Source: Callorhinchus milii
Lineage: Eukaryota
Reading direction: 5' to 3'
DNA: 64,000 nt
Assembly: GCF_018977255.1 (NCBI RefSeq)
Contig: NW_024704742.1
Location: 100,070,001-100,134,000 of the forward strand
Both the position numbers and the translations under genes were made by a program. The notes under the pieces are model-generated. The model saw nothing but the letters and a program-made list of their open reading frames with translations. It was not told the origin of the DNA and ran no database searches. Of the stretch, positions 1 through 14,139 are shown piece after piece (the stretch's first letter is position 1; every line of letters begins with the position of its first letter).

Positions 1-155
1 GAGTTCTGAATGACCTGCAGCTTGTGGAGGGAGGTGGCGGGAAGGCCAAAGAGGAGAGAGTTCCCATAGTCCAGCCTTTAGGTGACAAAGGCGTGGACCA
101 GGGTTTCAGCAGCATGAGGGGTGAGGTAATGGCGTAGTCTGGCGATGTTCCGGAG
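1..155 (-). mobile_element. L2 LINE ORF2 fragment
   Basis: Reverse complement aligns by eye with about 48790-48945. Confidence 0.85.
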
Positions 156-2157
156 AACATCTTCTCAAAGTTAAGAAGATGCAAAATATTTTCTGTTTTA
201 AATATATTTTATGATTTTATTTGCTGTGAATCTTCATTTTCAATACAGGATAGGTTTGCACATTTGGTTTTATATTGTTAAATAATGTGTGAGATATTAC
301 ATAGCTCTTCCTTGAACATGCAGTAGTTGAAAGAACAAATGCTACACAAGGAAAATAGATGGCAAGCCTGCTTTATAACGATGAGTGAAGCTGATCTGTT
401 ATTGACTTCCCGTGCGATATGCGCCCTTATTGAAGGGCATTTTCCATGAGTGCATAACCTGGAATGTACCTGCACACTTAATGGAAATCACCTTTAAGCG
501 ATTTATCCACAACATAAAAACTGGTCCTTTTCATTGCAGATTTCATGCATCTGCCCAGATTTTCAATTCCGTAAATTGCTAGGAATTTGTGGAGAGTAAT
601 GCAAAGAAATCCAAGTTGCTCTCAGTTCAGAACAGTACGTTATATGGATACAGCCACCTTGTTTAAAACCTAATCAGGATGAATATGAAATTAGGAACAT
701 ACAGGATTGGAAAAGATTCTTTTGGCCCATTTATCTTATCGATTTCCAATTTGTTGTCACAATTTGGCTCCACATGCAGAAACATTTCAGGCATGAGTAG
801 ACCAGTGATCTATCCGTCTGGCGTGGAGGGCGCTATATAAATCCAAGTTGTTGTTGTTGTATCTGGCCTACCTATCCAACGTCGCAAAAGATTTATTTTA
901 TCCATCTCATCACCTAATAACCTTGAAACATTTTAATTTCCAAGCAATTGTTTAGTTGCTTTTTGAAACTCTTTGCAGTTGTTAGCCCCTCGTGTTTGCA
1001 CCACTCCCACTTTTGCTATCCACTCTAATCCTATTCCCTTGTTTTCCCCATAGACTTTAAATATTATTTTACTTTAAGTATTTATGCATGCTGTATTTAG
1101 AGTAAATGCAGGGAATCTTAAAGCAAAATAGATTCAGCAGATTTACCAAATCTTAGCTAAAGAAAGCATTTTTAAAGTAAGTGAGTGGTGATAGATAGAT
1201 CTATAAAGATAGCACTGTGGCTTTGTAGAAGACAGCAGACTGTTGAATCATTCCATTTACAAAGTCAATTCACTGTATGCAGCTCATTAGAGCAGGAAAG
1301 AGAAAATATTTAATTATGATATTGCATTGCTTGTTATATATTTATTTTGTAAGTACTGTATTTGCTCCTTTTTTTGTCTAATATGACAGATTAAGGTGAC
1401 ATGTGATGCTGACCTTGCAGTGTAATTCCTTTTTAATTAGTTGATCTTTAAAGGTTGTTAGTGGTCTTTAACATTAATTACATTCAGTCAGGCCAGATTC
1501 TGCAGCAATTAGGTTCCTCTGCAGAATCTGTTACATCAGTGCCTGCAGGCACATGCAATAGAGTGAGGTCAGAGGGATGTATTTGCTGGTAGAAGAGGAT
1601 TGGGGTAGTCAATTCAATGTGCTTTTGTTACTTATTTTCTTTCAAATTCATAACATTTAAATCTACCCAAGCTGAAACAAAGATTTGGCTAGTAGATTTA
1701 GAATTAGCTGTCAGTTTGTATATTAAAATACTGGTATACTCTCTGCGATCTCAATCTTTATTTGGCTCAACATTTAAAAAAAACTCTTCCCACTTATTCT
1801 CCACCAATTCTCTCTCGTTTCCAAAATTATTGTTCTTTCTGTTCAATTTAGTTTAGGTTTGCCAAAACAAAGGATGTAACAGTGGCACCGGCGATATATA
1901 CGAAGTACATAGGAATGCATTGGACTGGCTGAAAAATACCATACGACACTCAATTTCCTTACTGTCAAATTACTTCTTTCACCAGAGCAGGTGAATGAAG
2001 GTTGGGTGAGAACACAATCAGGTTTTGTTGTAATGGCCTCATTGGCTGAAATGAAAAATGTGCATTATAGAGAATACGAGTATCACATCACATTTGTTAT
2101 ATTATTAATAATAATATTAATATAGTATAATAATATAATAATAATTAACACAATGAT

Positions 2158-2296
2158 TTACTAACAACCAGGTTCCTACTTACTGCTAGGTAAACAAAGG
2201 TGTGTGGAGTAAGGAAACTTGCCCAATGTTTCACCCTCCCGGGAATTGAACCCAGGTCCTCTCGCTTGTGAGACAATTGCCCTAAAACTAAGCCAT
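2158..2296 (-). mobile_element. Young SINE, 5' half
   Basis: B box and the ttgggcaagtttccttactccacac block shared with other copies. Confidence 0.8.
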
Positions 2297-2789
2297 TAAG
2301 GAGGTGAAAGCAAGGATTAGACAGATTCCCTTATAAAGGAAGGGGGGAAGCTGTAGGGAGAGTCACCATAAGTCAATCTCAAGCACGGACACCCTCACAG
2401 CTATAGTGCGTCATTGAACGGACTTTATTTGCCCCCTTGTCTGAGCACAGAGCTGGAGGGGCAACTGGAGGAAAATAATTCAAGAGCCTGAGGTGTTCAT
2501 AGATTACTCACTGAAAATGTCAGTCTGGCTCACCACTTGCCTCTGAGTCAACAGGCTGTATGTTTCGCTGCCCTGACACTTCATTGCAGTAGGAAGGGGG
2601 TGCTACTTTGTTCAAAATGCCATAGGTACTGCTGAAGATATGTTAATGAAGGCCCTATCGACTTGGCCTGATGATTCAGATGGACATTATATGGCTGAAA
2701 TGACAAAGGAGAGTGGAGAGTTTTCCTCGTGTCTCAGTCAGCATTGGCATGATAAGCAAAACATCAAACTAGTAGTACTTTCCTTCAGA

Positions 2790-3200
2790 GGATCCAGTTC
2801 AAGATCCTGGTCCTCACATATAAAGCCCTCCATGGCTTTACCCCACCCTACCTCTGCGACCTCCTAACCCCCTACCAACCCGCCCGTTCCCTCCGCTCAG
2901 CCGGCTCCGGTCTGCTCCACTTCCCCAACCCACTCGCTCCACCATTGGCGGGAGAGCCTTCAGCCACTCTGCCCCCAACCTATAGAATTCCATCCCCCAA
3001 TCACTCCACCTCGCCCTCTCCTTAGTCTCCTTCAAGTCCTGCCTCAAAACCTTCCTCTTCGACCATGCCATCGGCCACCCCCCTTCCCCTCTCCCTCCCT
3101 GACCCCAGCTCGGGTCTGAAATACTGTACACTGTTCAGCGCCTTGGGACATCCTCCCTACATGAAAGGCACGATACAAATGTAATCTTCTTGTTGTTGTA
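2790..3200 (+). mobile_element. L2 LINE 3' end
   Basis: Diverged match to the L2 3' region, ending cagcgccttgggacatcc...ttgttgttg. Confidence 0.85.
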
Positions 3201-3624
3201 CTTTCTAACTTCACCTTAACCAAAAACAGATCTGACTACTCCTATTCTCTTTTGAAAAATCAAACAGGATCTTTGTCCTGAGGTCAACTTGACCTTGCTA
3301 AGGGTTCATTATAATAAAATAATACTTCCATTTGGTATTGCACCTTTCATGTTGGGAGAACGTCCTAAAGCACTTCACAGGATTTATTGTGAAGTGAAGT
3401 GACTGTGTATGTGGCGAATTCTACTATAAACTGAATTGATCAACAGCCTCTTCATATATAGTCAGAAATATTCCCTTTATATAGTCAGAGAAATCCAATC
3501 TCAATCACCTAAGTTTAACCATCAGACTATTGTCAGTGTTTAAATATTGAAGTACATCTTGGAGACAGGACTGAGCTAGCACATGTTATTGAATAATCAT
3601 ATGATAATACAGATCAGAGATAAT

Positions 3625-4035
3625 ATTTGCACTTGATATAGTTCTTATAATGGCAAAACATCTTTAAGCACCAAATAGGTAATGAAATGCAATGTGGCTG
3701 TTACATGTAGTGATTGCATTTCTAGGCAGATACAGCAAATATTTTGCACCCAGCAATGGCCCACAAACAGCCATGCAGTGAATTACCAATTTATCTGAAG
3801 GATTGTTGGCCAAGACATGAGGAGAAACTCCCTTCTCTTTTCAAATAATGCCATGGAAAATGTTAACATCCTCCTGATCGGCCAGATGGGCCCGTGGTAA
3901 ATGCATCTGCAAATGCAGGGCGACCCTGTTGCTTCACTGGAGTGTCGTACTACATTGAGAGCTCAATTTTCAATGTGGGGATTGAACCCACAAGCTTCTG
4001 ACCCAGAGGTGAGAAGAGTGAAAATGAAACATTCA
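3625..4035 (-). mobile_element. Older Deu-domain SINE
   Basis: Degenerate reverse-complement match to 60481-60885. Confidence 0.7.
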
Positions 4036-4647
4036 GTCAACATTGTAAACACAGTTAAAAGGGAATAGAAGCATTCCCACCAGGCATAGAGAGCGCCTTT
4101 CAAAGAATGAAAAATTGGTGATAAAAATACAAAACAAATACGAAGCATCAATTCCTTTAAAAAGTTCTGTTTGCCTCAAAGACGTCTGCTACTTATTTGT
4201 TATAAGCATTTAGAAGTTAGAAATTTTCAAGGTCAGTGATATTTCAATGAGGCCGGCATTTTTACAGCAAAACTGTTTGAAGTTGTTGAAGCTGAGGTGT
4301 ATGATCTGTGTGTTTGGGTTGAATAACTGTTGGGTTTCAGACCCTGATGATGTGCCATCATGTTCCCTTGAAGGGAATTTTTTTTAGAAAAACACACTGT
4401 TCAAGTCTCATTATTTCTCATGAGAAGTCCTACTGTGGCACATTGATTCTTAATTTAATGTGCTCATTTTAGAGCTGGTGTGATACGTGCTCTGGGTTGG
4501 GATAAAAGGATCAGACAATGCCGATGGTGAGAGAGGAGCTGAGAGCAATCGAAGATGGGGATTGATGTGGGTAGCATAAAACGGAAATGTGGAAACACTG
4601 AAAAAGATCCTGGAAGCTTCATTAGATAACATCAATGTACAAATGAT

Positions 4648-5566
4648 CAGATAGAAAGGTTAATGTAATTTAAATTTACTATACCTGATTTCATAGCGTC
4701 CAAACCTGAAGCTAATTTCATTAGTATTCTATAATGTAAAATGCCCAATTATGATAAAGGTTTCTTTCACCTCCGCTGTCAATGCTTATCTGGCCAGCCT
4801 ACTATAGTTGCATACAATTATATGTTAATAATAATCATTTTCACTCACAAAATATACAGTCAATTCACTTTACAGTTTATTCTGTGAAGAGCTTTGAGAC
4901 GTCTCAACGATGTGATAAGGTGCTATATCAAATGCAAGGATTATCATTATATGTTTATAGATAGAAAGAACCCGCAACTTTAGATCGCTTTATTGCTTCA
5001 AAACATCTCAAAATGCTTCACAAGTAATTACTGGCAAGCCTGGTAAGTGCTTTTCAATTGATCTAGAAGGTTGTTGGCCAGAAGAGCGAGGTGCCCCAGC
5101 CTACAATCTCTCAGATCAATTACTCATTCACCTCATGTAGTATCTGGGACTTTACTGCCACATTTGCTTGGCACAATAAAAAATCCAGGTTCTTTCTTCT
5201 TTTCAAATACAGCAGTATGACGCGATATTTAACTTCCACTGGAGGACAGGAGGCAGGAGCCTCAGTTTAATGCCTCATTCGAAAGACAGCCCCCTCCAAT
5301 ATTGCAGCTCACCTCCATATAAACATATAACGATAATCTGTAAAGTGAATTGACTGTATATTTTGTGTGTGAAAATGATTATTATTAACATATAATTATA
5401 TGCAACTATAGTAGGCCTGGCCAGATAAGCATTGACAGCAGAGGTGAAAGAAACTTTTATCGTAATTGGGCATTTTACATTATAGAATACTAATGAAATT
5501 AGCTTCAGGTTTGGACACTATGAAATCAGGTATAGTAAATTTAAATGACATTAACTTTTCTATCTG
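4648..5566. repeat. Local inverted duplication (arms 4648-4959 and 5318-5566)
   Basis: Hand alignment: about 9 differences over about 228 bp, plus a 64-bp segment missing from the right arm. Confidence 0.93.
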
Positions 5567-5596
5567 GACTGTAGTGTCATCTACGCTATGAATCAA

Positions 5597-5915
5597 GTCA
5601 GCCTGGCTCGTTGGTAACACAAGACCCATGTCAGGACTTTGAACTCGTACAGCCATGTTAACACTCCAATGCAGTGCTGGAGGTGTGCTGCTTTGTCAAA
5701 GGTGTCCCCCCGTCAAGGCCCTGTCTACCTGTTCAGATGGACATCAAAGATGCCATGACAGTATTTGAAAAGAGAAGGAAGTTTCTCCTGGCCAACCAAA
5801 CCCCCAAATAATTGGTCATTCACTTCATGGCTGTTTGTGGGACATTTGCTGTGCAGTGTTTTGCCTCCTCTCAATGTGAAAGGCACTATACCAAAAGTAA
5901 TAATTATTATTATCA
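5597..5915 (+). mobile_element. Older Deu-domain SINE
   Basis: gtcagcctggctc head, cagatggacatcaaagatgccatgacagtatttgaa, gtttgtgggacatttgctgtgc. Confidence 0.75.
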
Positions 5916-6486
5916 TTAAGTGCCAACATGGGAAACATTAATAGCTGTGTTACTGTGATAGCAATGCTACAACTAGCTGAACCCTGGCAGCACCATTATC
6001 AGTCACCCCCACTAATATTTTCATTACAAATCCACAGCATTCACTCAAGCCAAGTATAATGTAATACTCACTGAAAAACAATCCCAAGGGGTATCTGTAC
6101 AGTGGTGGAATATAGGATTTACTGTCAAACTGCTTCTGAAAATAAACAGCAAAATTCAGGAAATTAACTGGTAAAAAAAAGGAAACCTTGAAAGACCTGA
6201 ACAAAGAGTTCATACACTGAGAATTTAGCACTGGTGTGAAAAACAAGCTATCCACCACACAGTCTGCACCCTCTGAAAGAAACCATGTGCATTTAAAAAG
6301 TCGTAAAATACTGACATCTGCTGTTAAAATGAGTGAATTAAAAAGTCTGCCAGTGGCTGAGCCAGAACTAAGCTTAGAAGCATAGAAAGGTTACAGCACT
6401 GGAGGCCTTTCTAACTATCATGTCTCTTCTGGTGCTATTCACATTATTCCCAATCCCCATCTTTTTCCCCCATATCCTGTGTAATT

Positions 6487-6857
6487 AATAATAATAATCC
6501 TTGCAGTTGATACAGTGTCTTATCACGTCTTCAAGATGTCTCAAAGCTCTTCACAGAATATCGTGTAAGAGAATTGACTGTATATTTTGTGGGTGAAACG
6601 CGGCAGTCAATTGCATACAGCAGTGTCCCACAAACAGTTGTGGATTGATGACCAAATTATTATTATTATTTTTTAAGGGAATATTATCCCCAGAAAAGCA
6701 ATACGTCAATTGACTAACCATACAGGTTTCTACTCACTGCGAGGAAAACAGAGGCATGTGGTGTAAGGAAACTTGCCCAACATTTCGCCCTGCCGGGAAT
6801 TGAACCCAAGACCTCACTTGCGAGGCAAGTGCTCTAATTACTAAGCTACAGGACTCC
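6487..6857 (-). mobile_element. Young tRNA-derived SINE (long form), full length, inserted in a CR1 3' end
   Basis: Head GGAGTCCTGTAGCTTAGT..GGTTCAATTCC (Pol III A/B boxes), Deu-like 3' block, (ATT)n tail. Confidence 0.9.
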
Positions 6858-7282
6858 ACACGTTGTTTCTTCAAGCATTTATCCAATTCCCTTTTAAGTG
6901 TAGTTATAAACTGATTGCGCTTCAATGAGGCAAAATTCATGGAGCTCCTTCACACTGTTAATAATCCCTCCGAATAAATTCCCTAATAAAGTCATCAGTA
7001 TTCACGATTCAATCAAAAATATATTTTTCGTAAACAGAAACACAAAAAAGGTGAAGATTAATGTTAATTTCTCATTTTTTAATTTATGTTGGTCAGTGGC
7101 TCTCACTTCCCTAATTAAACATCAATCTGTTAACTGTTTATCCAATGAGGTAATTTAAGTTATTAATCTCTTAACTACTAGAATTTAGTCAGTGTAAATG
7201 TCATGCAGTATATCAGAACCTCCAACTGTGCTGTTGTTAAACTGTTCCTTGCACATCTAATCCTTTCAGCCAGATAGATTTA

Positions 7283-7530
7283 TTGTATGAATTTACATCC
7301 ACTAAGATATACATCCAATATTGTCTGAATTTATACTCACTCCTAACATACACTCAATATTATAGGAACTTTCACCTACTACTAACCATATACTCAAATC
7401 CATATGAACTTGTGCACAATAGTCATATAACTACATACACCAAATATTGCATGAACATACACCCACTCCTATCCATGTACACCCAAAACTGTATAAACAT
7501 AAATAATCCCCAAAATTATAAACCTTGTAT
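7283..7530. repeat. Degenerate minisatellite, unit of about 38-40 bp
   Basis: Recurring tg.atgaa.tt.acac.cact.cta.c.atatacac.caata unit, about 6 copies. Confidence 0.7.
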
Positions 7531-10419
7531 CTGATGAAACACTTTTCACATTTATTAAGATGTCTGAAGCACTTCACAGGATTTACTTTAAAGTGTATTT
7601 TGTACTCACTTTTACTTTTATACTCTGCTACGAATGAGATTGTGAACATACCCAGATTTCTGAATGAACAGTAGAAGGAATACAAGTGGTATCATTTAAC
7701 AAATTACAAGCTTCAGTCATGAAAAAGCAGCTGCCTTGAAGCCAACTTATTAGAGGAAATACAACAGCAATATCATCCCCTGAATAATTCAGGCCCAAAA
7801 TAAAGCACAATATGTATGTGCATTCAAAATATAAATGTGTGCAGTTAATAAACCAAATGAGGCTAAATATTTTAAGTTACAGTTTAGATAAATAGACTGA
7901 CAGGAAACACCTGGATATAAATTCTCTCGTCACACACTTCTAGCTGCACGGTACTTTTTTTGGAAGAAAGTGTGCTTTGATGCAGTGCAAAAATCACATG
8001 GCATCCATAAACCTAAAATGTCTTAAGGGTGTTACATGGAAGTGCAGTGAAGCGAGTGTCGATATGTAAGCAAACAGCAGTCATTATGAGTAAATCAAGA
8101 TTACAGAAACAGCCATGAGATGAATGACCAATACTTGCTCACATATCAGTCAAAACTAGGCATGTCAAATATGGTGTGACCCCTATTGAAAATAAGCAAA
8201 CCTTGATCTTTTCTGGTTAATGAAAGCTTTGAACTTTCACTAATATTTCTAACTTCTGCATTTACAATAGTCCCAAAAGGAGCAAGGATACAAACATTTG
8301 GAGCATATAAATTGGACCCCTGTCCAAAGAATCTTTGGAAGACAATGTGCTTATCAAGTCCTGCTTTGCCATCACTTCCGTCTTCCTTCAATCATGTTTG
8401 TTGAATCTTTCCTCCTTTACTCACTTTGGCCGTTTGAGATATAGTATATTACATGCCTTTCACATCAGGAGGACGTCTCAAAGTGCTCACAAGATTTTAC
8501 TGGCAAGTGTAGCGACTGCATGTTTGTAGGTGAATGCAGCAGTCAATTACAGCAGTGTCCCACGAACAGCCATGAACTGACTGACCGATTTTATTTGGAG
8601 GATTGTTGATCGGATGACCGACAGAAACTCCCTTCACTCTTGCACACACCCATTCCTTTGCCCATGTCCCAAGATGCTACGCCACGAGAAAGATACTATA
8701 TAAAAACAAGTTGCTGTTGTTACCAATTGTTATACCCCGAGTCAGTATTGCCCTAATTCTTTCCCTCCGTCAGGCTTGTCCCCTGATGCCTCTGCCTAGA
8801 ATTAAGTATCATGGTGGCATAAACCTGCAATGTTACAACCGCCATGTTTCTCATTTGCTTTCTGGTTATAACCTGTGGCAATAATGTAAATATGTAGTGC
8901 GAGAACACCACACAAACAGCCTAAATTTCACAGCAAATATTCCTGGCGTGCAGAACGGTTTGTGTCTCAATTCCACTTATTATCCAGACTTTCAGAAGAT
9001 CTTAGGAAAGAACCTAAGAAAGTCACATAAATGATTTGCCATCCCACTGTATTACTGTGGAACAAACAGGATTGTAATTGCTTGAGCTGATGTCAAAATT
9101 ACACTTTTAATCAAACATCAAGTTTCAAGGATGTTCAGAAGACTTGGTGATTAAGAAGCTTAATTTTTTTTAAACCAATACATTAAAAAATAATGATCAT
9201 ATTTTCCTCATTATTCAGGTCAACAGCACAGAATTAAAAATCAACCGTTACAAAGGCCGACTTTAATAACACAAAGAGTTCGGTTGCCAAGAGTTTCAGA
9301 AAGTATCTAATCAGTTAAACTCTATAAATTAAGCGCATGAGACCCATTTCAGTAAGCTTAAATGCACTGTTGTGATCTATTCATCTATTATTAATTGAGA
9401 TTTTCATAAAGTAGATCAAATTGTAAATTGACATTCAATTTGACCTTTCTAAGCCCCCAACAGTGGGGCCTAGGTTCAGCTATTATCTTCTAACAAGGAA
9501 TCTGCAGGTATTAAGATATTGTTTCAGAGGACACTTCAATAGAATCTGTACTTCGAGACGATCCATTCATTGTACATTTTCAAATGGTTTTAAATTTCAC
9601 GGCACAAATTAAAATACTTAACCACTTGGGTCTCCAACTGGTGCCCGATAGTGCTCCCACAGAGTTTGATGTACATTACGACAGTTTATTAAAAACCTGT
9701 CACTTTCATTCAATACGTGGATTTGCCAGTCAGCCAAGTTCCTGTCTCCCAGCCCCTTCCATCTGGTGGAGTTTTCAGACACAAAGCAAAACTCTGTGCG
9801 TGTGGTTGCACTGCTTAGTTGCCATAACAAGAGGGCTTAAAGGAGGGGGAAAAAAAGAGTAGAATATTCAGCAGACCGTTATAAAATTCAAACTTTAAAA
9901 CAATATTGTGGTTTCGCTTAGTTTCTTTACGTTTCATGTGATTTGACATCAGTTTATCTTTCTGTTATCAGTTATTGCACCTTACAGAAATTTTGTGAAG
10001 CGCTTTGAGACAGTTCAACGTGATAATGTGCTATATCGAATGCAAGGATTATTATTACACACACAAATCTACATGGACAACTCTTGTTTTTATACCCACT
10101 CTAGTGAAACAATTTATAATCTGGAGAGTTATAAAGCTTCGCAATTGTTCCTCAGTTAATTGGTACTGCACAGTGTAAATCCCAGCATGACTCTGTGCCT
10201 TCTGGAAGGCACTCTTGTGGCAACAATCTAGAAAGGAAATAGAAGGGAAAATTGGAGGCATTATGTGAGCTGGTGTCAAAAATAATCTCTTAATCAAAAA
10301 TTCAATTTCAAGAATCTTCAGAGGATGGTGCACATAAATCAATTTTTTTTTAGTAAAAAGAACATCTAATGGAACATTATCATGTTTCCCTCATCACCCA
10401 TCTCAACAGCACTGAATTA

Positions 10420-10810
10420 AAACAACAACAACTTGGATTTATATAGCGCCCTCCACGCCGTACGACGTCTCAGAACGCTTCACAGTAATGGATCCCGGGG
10501 CCGAGCCAGGGGGAGGGGGAGGAAGGTGACCAAAGGTGCGGTCGAAAAGAAATGTCTTCAGCCAAGACCTGAAAATAGGAAGAGAGGAGGGGAGGCGAAG
10601 GCAGCGAGGAAGGGAATTCCAGAGCCTCGGGGCATAGTGGCTGAAGGCCCAAGCTGCCGAGGATGGAGCGGAGGATTCGGAGGACAAAGAGGAGGCCAGA
10701 TCCGGTGGAACAAAGGCAACGGGAACTGTTGTGAGGAGAGAGGAGGTCAGAGAGGTAGAGGGTGCAGAGGAGTGGGGGATTTGAAGACAAGGGTGACGAT
10801 CTTGAACAAT
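10420..10810 (-). mobile_element. L2 LINE 3' end
   Basis: AFSHYAPRLWNSLPRCLR..LKTFLF in ORF 10439..10819; (AAC)n tail at about 10420. Confidence 0.9.
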
Positions 10811-10892
10811 GATTTCCAACTAAGCTACCAATTGAGCATTGTTGCCAGAAGAGTGAACCTACTTTTCAACTTTAGAGGTATTAAGGTTGTAA

Positions 10893-11158
10893 AGCTATGC
10901 AGTTTTAGCTGGTAGACTCCAGCAGTACTCCAATGCACACTCTGGGGTCCCCAAGCCTTGGCTTTTGCCAACCTGAGCTCAATACTTTCCGGAATTGGGT
11001 AAGTAGGATGTGTCCCTCCAGACAGAGAGTGCACATTCCATTCCAACAATCTTTCTCTGGAATTTCCATGTGTAGCTGGGAAGCAATGTCTCAGTTTGGT
11101 TTGGATACTCTTAAGCATTAGTGATGGGTTTCCAATCCTGTCAACACCCGCCTGACCA
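10893..11158. repeat. Unclassified interspersed repeat, about 250 bp (other copies at 27150-27335, 45386-45630, 54500-54562, inverted at 54851-54938)
   Basis: Shared blocks ct.tgcagttt.agctgg..actcc.g, ccctccag..agagagtgc.cattccattcca, tggtttggatactctt.aagcat, tgggttt. Confidence 0.8.
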
Positions 11159-13249
11159 AAAAAATTAGTAAAATGAAGTACAAGGACATAGCAGTGTTCT
11201 TGCACAATAGAATGGCAGTAAGTAGTGCTGAGGAATAGGAGAAATACTCAGGGTGAGAAATTCTGCTGGTGTTGGAAGCATGCTTTTATAAAAGGGAAAC
11301 CACAAATCTAAAAAAAATTAATGAACAATGGAATTTCACTCTATGAGTTAACACTCAGGGTGAAGAAAATGCACCAAACCACCGTTAAGGAGAGAATGTG
11401 GGACATTCATTAAGCACCAATACTGTAGCCTTCAGGAGCCTCGTCAAAATTAGGAAACCCAGAAATACAGTACATAGAGCTGGACTACAAGCATATCAAT
11501 CATTAAAAGCTGTCGCCTCCTGATACATTAACAATTGTAATGAATGCAGCCCAAACAATGAGTTATTTGACAATCCACATTTTTCTCCTCCATGGAATTT
11601 GTGTATAAATTTATTTTAATGCGATCTGCAGTTTTTTTTATTTCAGACAAGTTATAACTTTAAACTATTGTATTTCACACAATCATCCATTTCTATCCTC
11701 TATCCTTTAAAGAGATGAAGACAGATTGGTTTGTTCCTTTCTCCTCCGGCTGACATTTGAGAGCAGTATTGTGAGTCTTTTGTTATTACTTTGAAAGGTT
11801 GAAATAGTCTTGCTGGGAAATGTACACATTACTGCTCCTGGATATGCACTTAACTGCACACCAATACCAAGAAGATTGGAGATCATACATCCCATACACA
11901 ATCAGGATCAACACTTGTACTACCAACTCTTCTGTCATGGAAAAATGCTGTATAACCATGACATAGTTGTGTCAGAAGTATACATTTGGCTATTAAAAGG
12001 CCATGTTATATACAGCCTGTGCAGTGACAGGGATCATAGTGCAGATAAAGGCAATCCTACGGCACTTGTACTACATCCCACTTAATAAAGAAGTGGTCAC
12101 AGGAACTAAGGCTGAATGAAACACGTTCTTTTACTCATTCGCTCGAACAGATTTTGTTCTGCTGTCACAACCTAACAGAAAAATATTTTTAAAAAATGCA
12201 AAATTAACTCAGCAACTCAGAAAACAGTCGAATCCTTGCGATATTAACACATTTGAAAGAATAACCTTTTCAGGCAAGTTAATAGCTGCATCAGAACAAG
12301 AAAATGATAATTGCACATCAGAATACCAATATCTTGCTGTCACACCTTTCAGTTTGCAGGGACCTGCTTGTTTATTAATTCTCACATGCTGGCATTGGAA
12401 GCTTCAAATCTCTGTAAATATTGTTCAATTTAAATAAATAAACTTTCAAATAGAGTACTAAGGCTGCAACATCTTTATCATCTTAAAAAGGAAACACAGA
12501 ACCTTGCATCTGTGCAAATTGTATTCTAAAATCCAGTTTATTTCATATTAAAAGCAGCAACAGGAATTCATAGCTTTTGATCCTTTAATTAATGATTATA
12601 TTTTCATCACTTTTATACTGTGGGCTTCTCTTTCATGTTTTCAGCATTTTCAATCTACCTTGATAAGCTAAAGCAAAGCTTGAACACAACAAATGCAGAA
12701 TTGAAAGGAATATGAAGATGAAATATGTTTTTTACCTGGACTTGTGAAGGTCATGACTCAGATGGGAATCAATAGTGAACTTGAAAAAGAGGGTCTTTCT
12801 TCATCAATGACTTGTACTTCCTCGAAAAAGCATCCATCTGAAGTTTTTTTTTCTCTCTCTCGTGCTGAAAAAAATATTCTGCCCCCAAATCTGTTTGTCG
12901 AAAGGAGCTAAACATATTCACTGGATACAAATCCAATCTGTTCTACTTCAAAAATAACATTTACTGAGTTCACTGCAATTTACCCATCAGTGGTATCAAA
13001 AACCATTATTCAGACAATTTATTTTTGAGGACAGTCAACAGTGATGGAGCAGGATGACAGATAAGTGATAAATCATTTGAGAAATTTCATATACTGAAAC
13101 TGTCTACAATTTCCATCTATATTCTATATATATGAATCAGTTGCATAATATCCTAGCATTAAAAATATTACAATTATTCTTTGAGCAATTTTGAACCCTC
13201 ACCTGCTTGTGTAATTTATTTTATGCAGCTGAACAATCAGTTTGCACCA

Positions 13250-13810
13250 GTCGAGTTTGCCTTACCTATTCGCCTCGAAGTCAGGAAGCTGTGGATTTAG
13301 AAAACTTGGAAATCATATAGTCGAACACTCCAATGCAGTGGGTGTTGCATTGTCAGAGGTGCCTTCCTTTGGTTGAGGCGTTAAACCAAGGTCCCCACCT
13401 GTCAATTAAGATGGACATTAAAGATCCCATAGCACTGATCTAAAAGAGAAGGGAGTTTCTCCTGGTGTCCTAGCCAATCATTTCCCAAGTAAATAAACTT
13501 TGGGAAAAAAAGTTTTAAAAAAACTAAACTCTTAATGTGGATGCAGGTTTTCCTCTGTTACTAAAAAAAAAGTTTCTAATTTTAAAAAAAGTTGTTTCCA
13601 ATTTTGCAAGATCTTCACATTCAAGACAAAATTAAAAATAATAAATAGTAATAATTTGATCACTCAATCCACGAATGTTTATGGGACACTGCTGTGCGCA
13701 ATTGGCTGCTGAGTTTTGCCTACAAATATACAGTCAATTCACTTTACAGTATATTCTGTGAAGCGCTTTGAGTCATTTAGAAGATGTGATAAGGCACTAT
13801 ATCAAATGCT
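13250..13810 (+). mobile_element. Deu-domain SINE with a young-SINE-type 3' tail
   Basis: Deu core at 13320-13480, A-rich insert, then a tail at 13660-13810. Confidence 0.72.
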
Positions 13811-14139
13811 ATTAAAATGGTTTTACAGACTAAGAATAGGTAGAATTTCAGACCTCTGACGTCTTCCAACTGCTTGGTAATCATGTTTGACCCTTGCATT
13901 TATTATAATATCAAACTAGTATATGCTGATTATTGGAACCCAAGTCTACTTCTATCTTCAGATTACTAATAATTTCTGAACAGCTGTTAAATAATTTCAT
14001 TTAAAAAAGTTTACTGAGAAGTCTAATAGTGTTCACAAAAGTAGCCCAATTTTACAAAGCAAAGGGGGCCCAGTGATAAATTGCACCCTAACAAATTAAT
14101 ACAATATAAAATCAACACACAAATGGGTAATACTACTAA

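Noticed and set aside
12736..12837. Exon-like 102-nt segment on minus (cttcAG..CCAG/GTAAAA); one frame reads GCFFEEVQVIDEE, loosely like the CK1 gamma tail
   Set aside because: Stops in all three frames, purine-rich acceptor region, and the similarity is short and not colinear.
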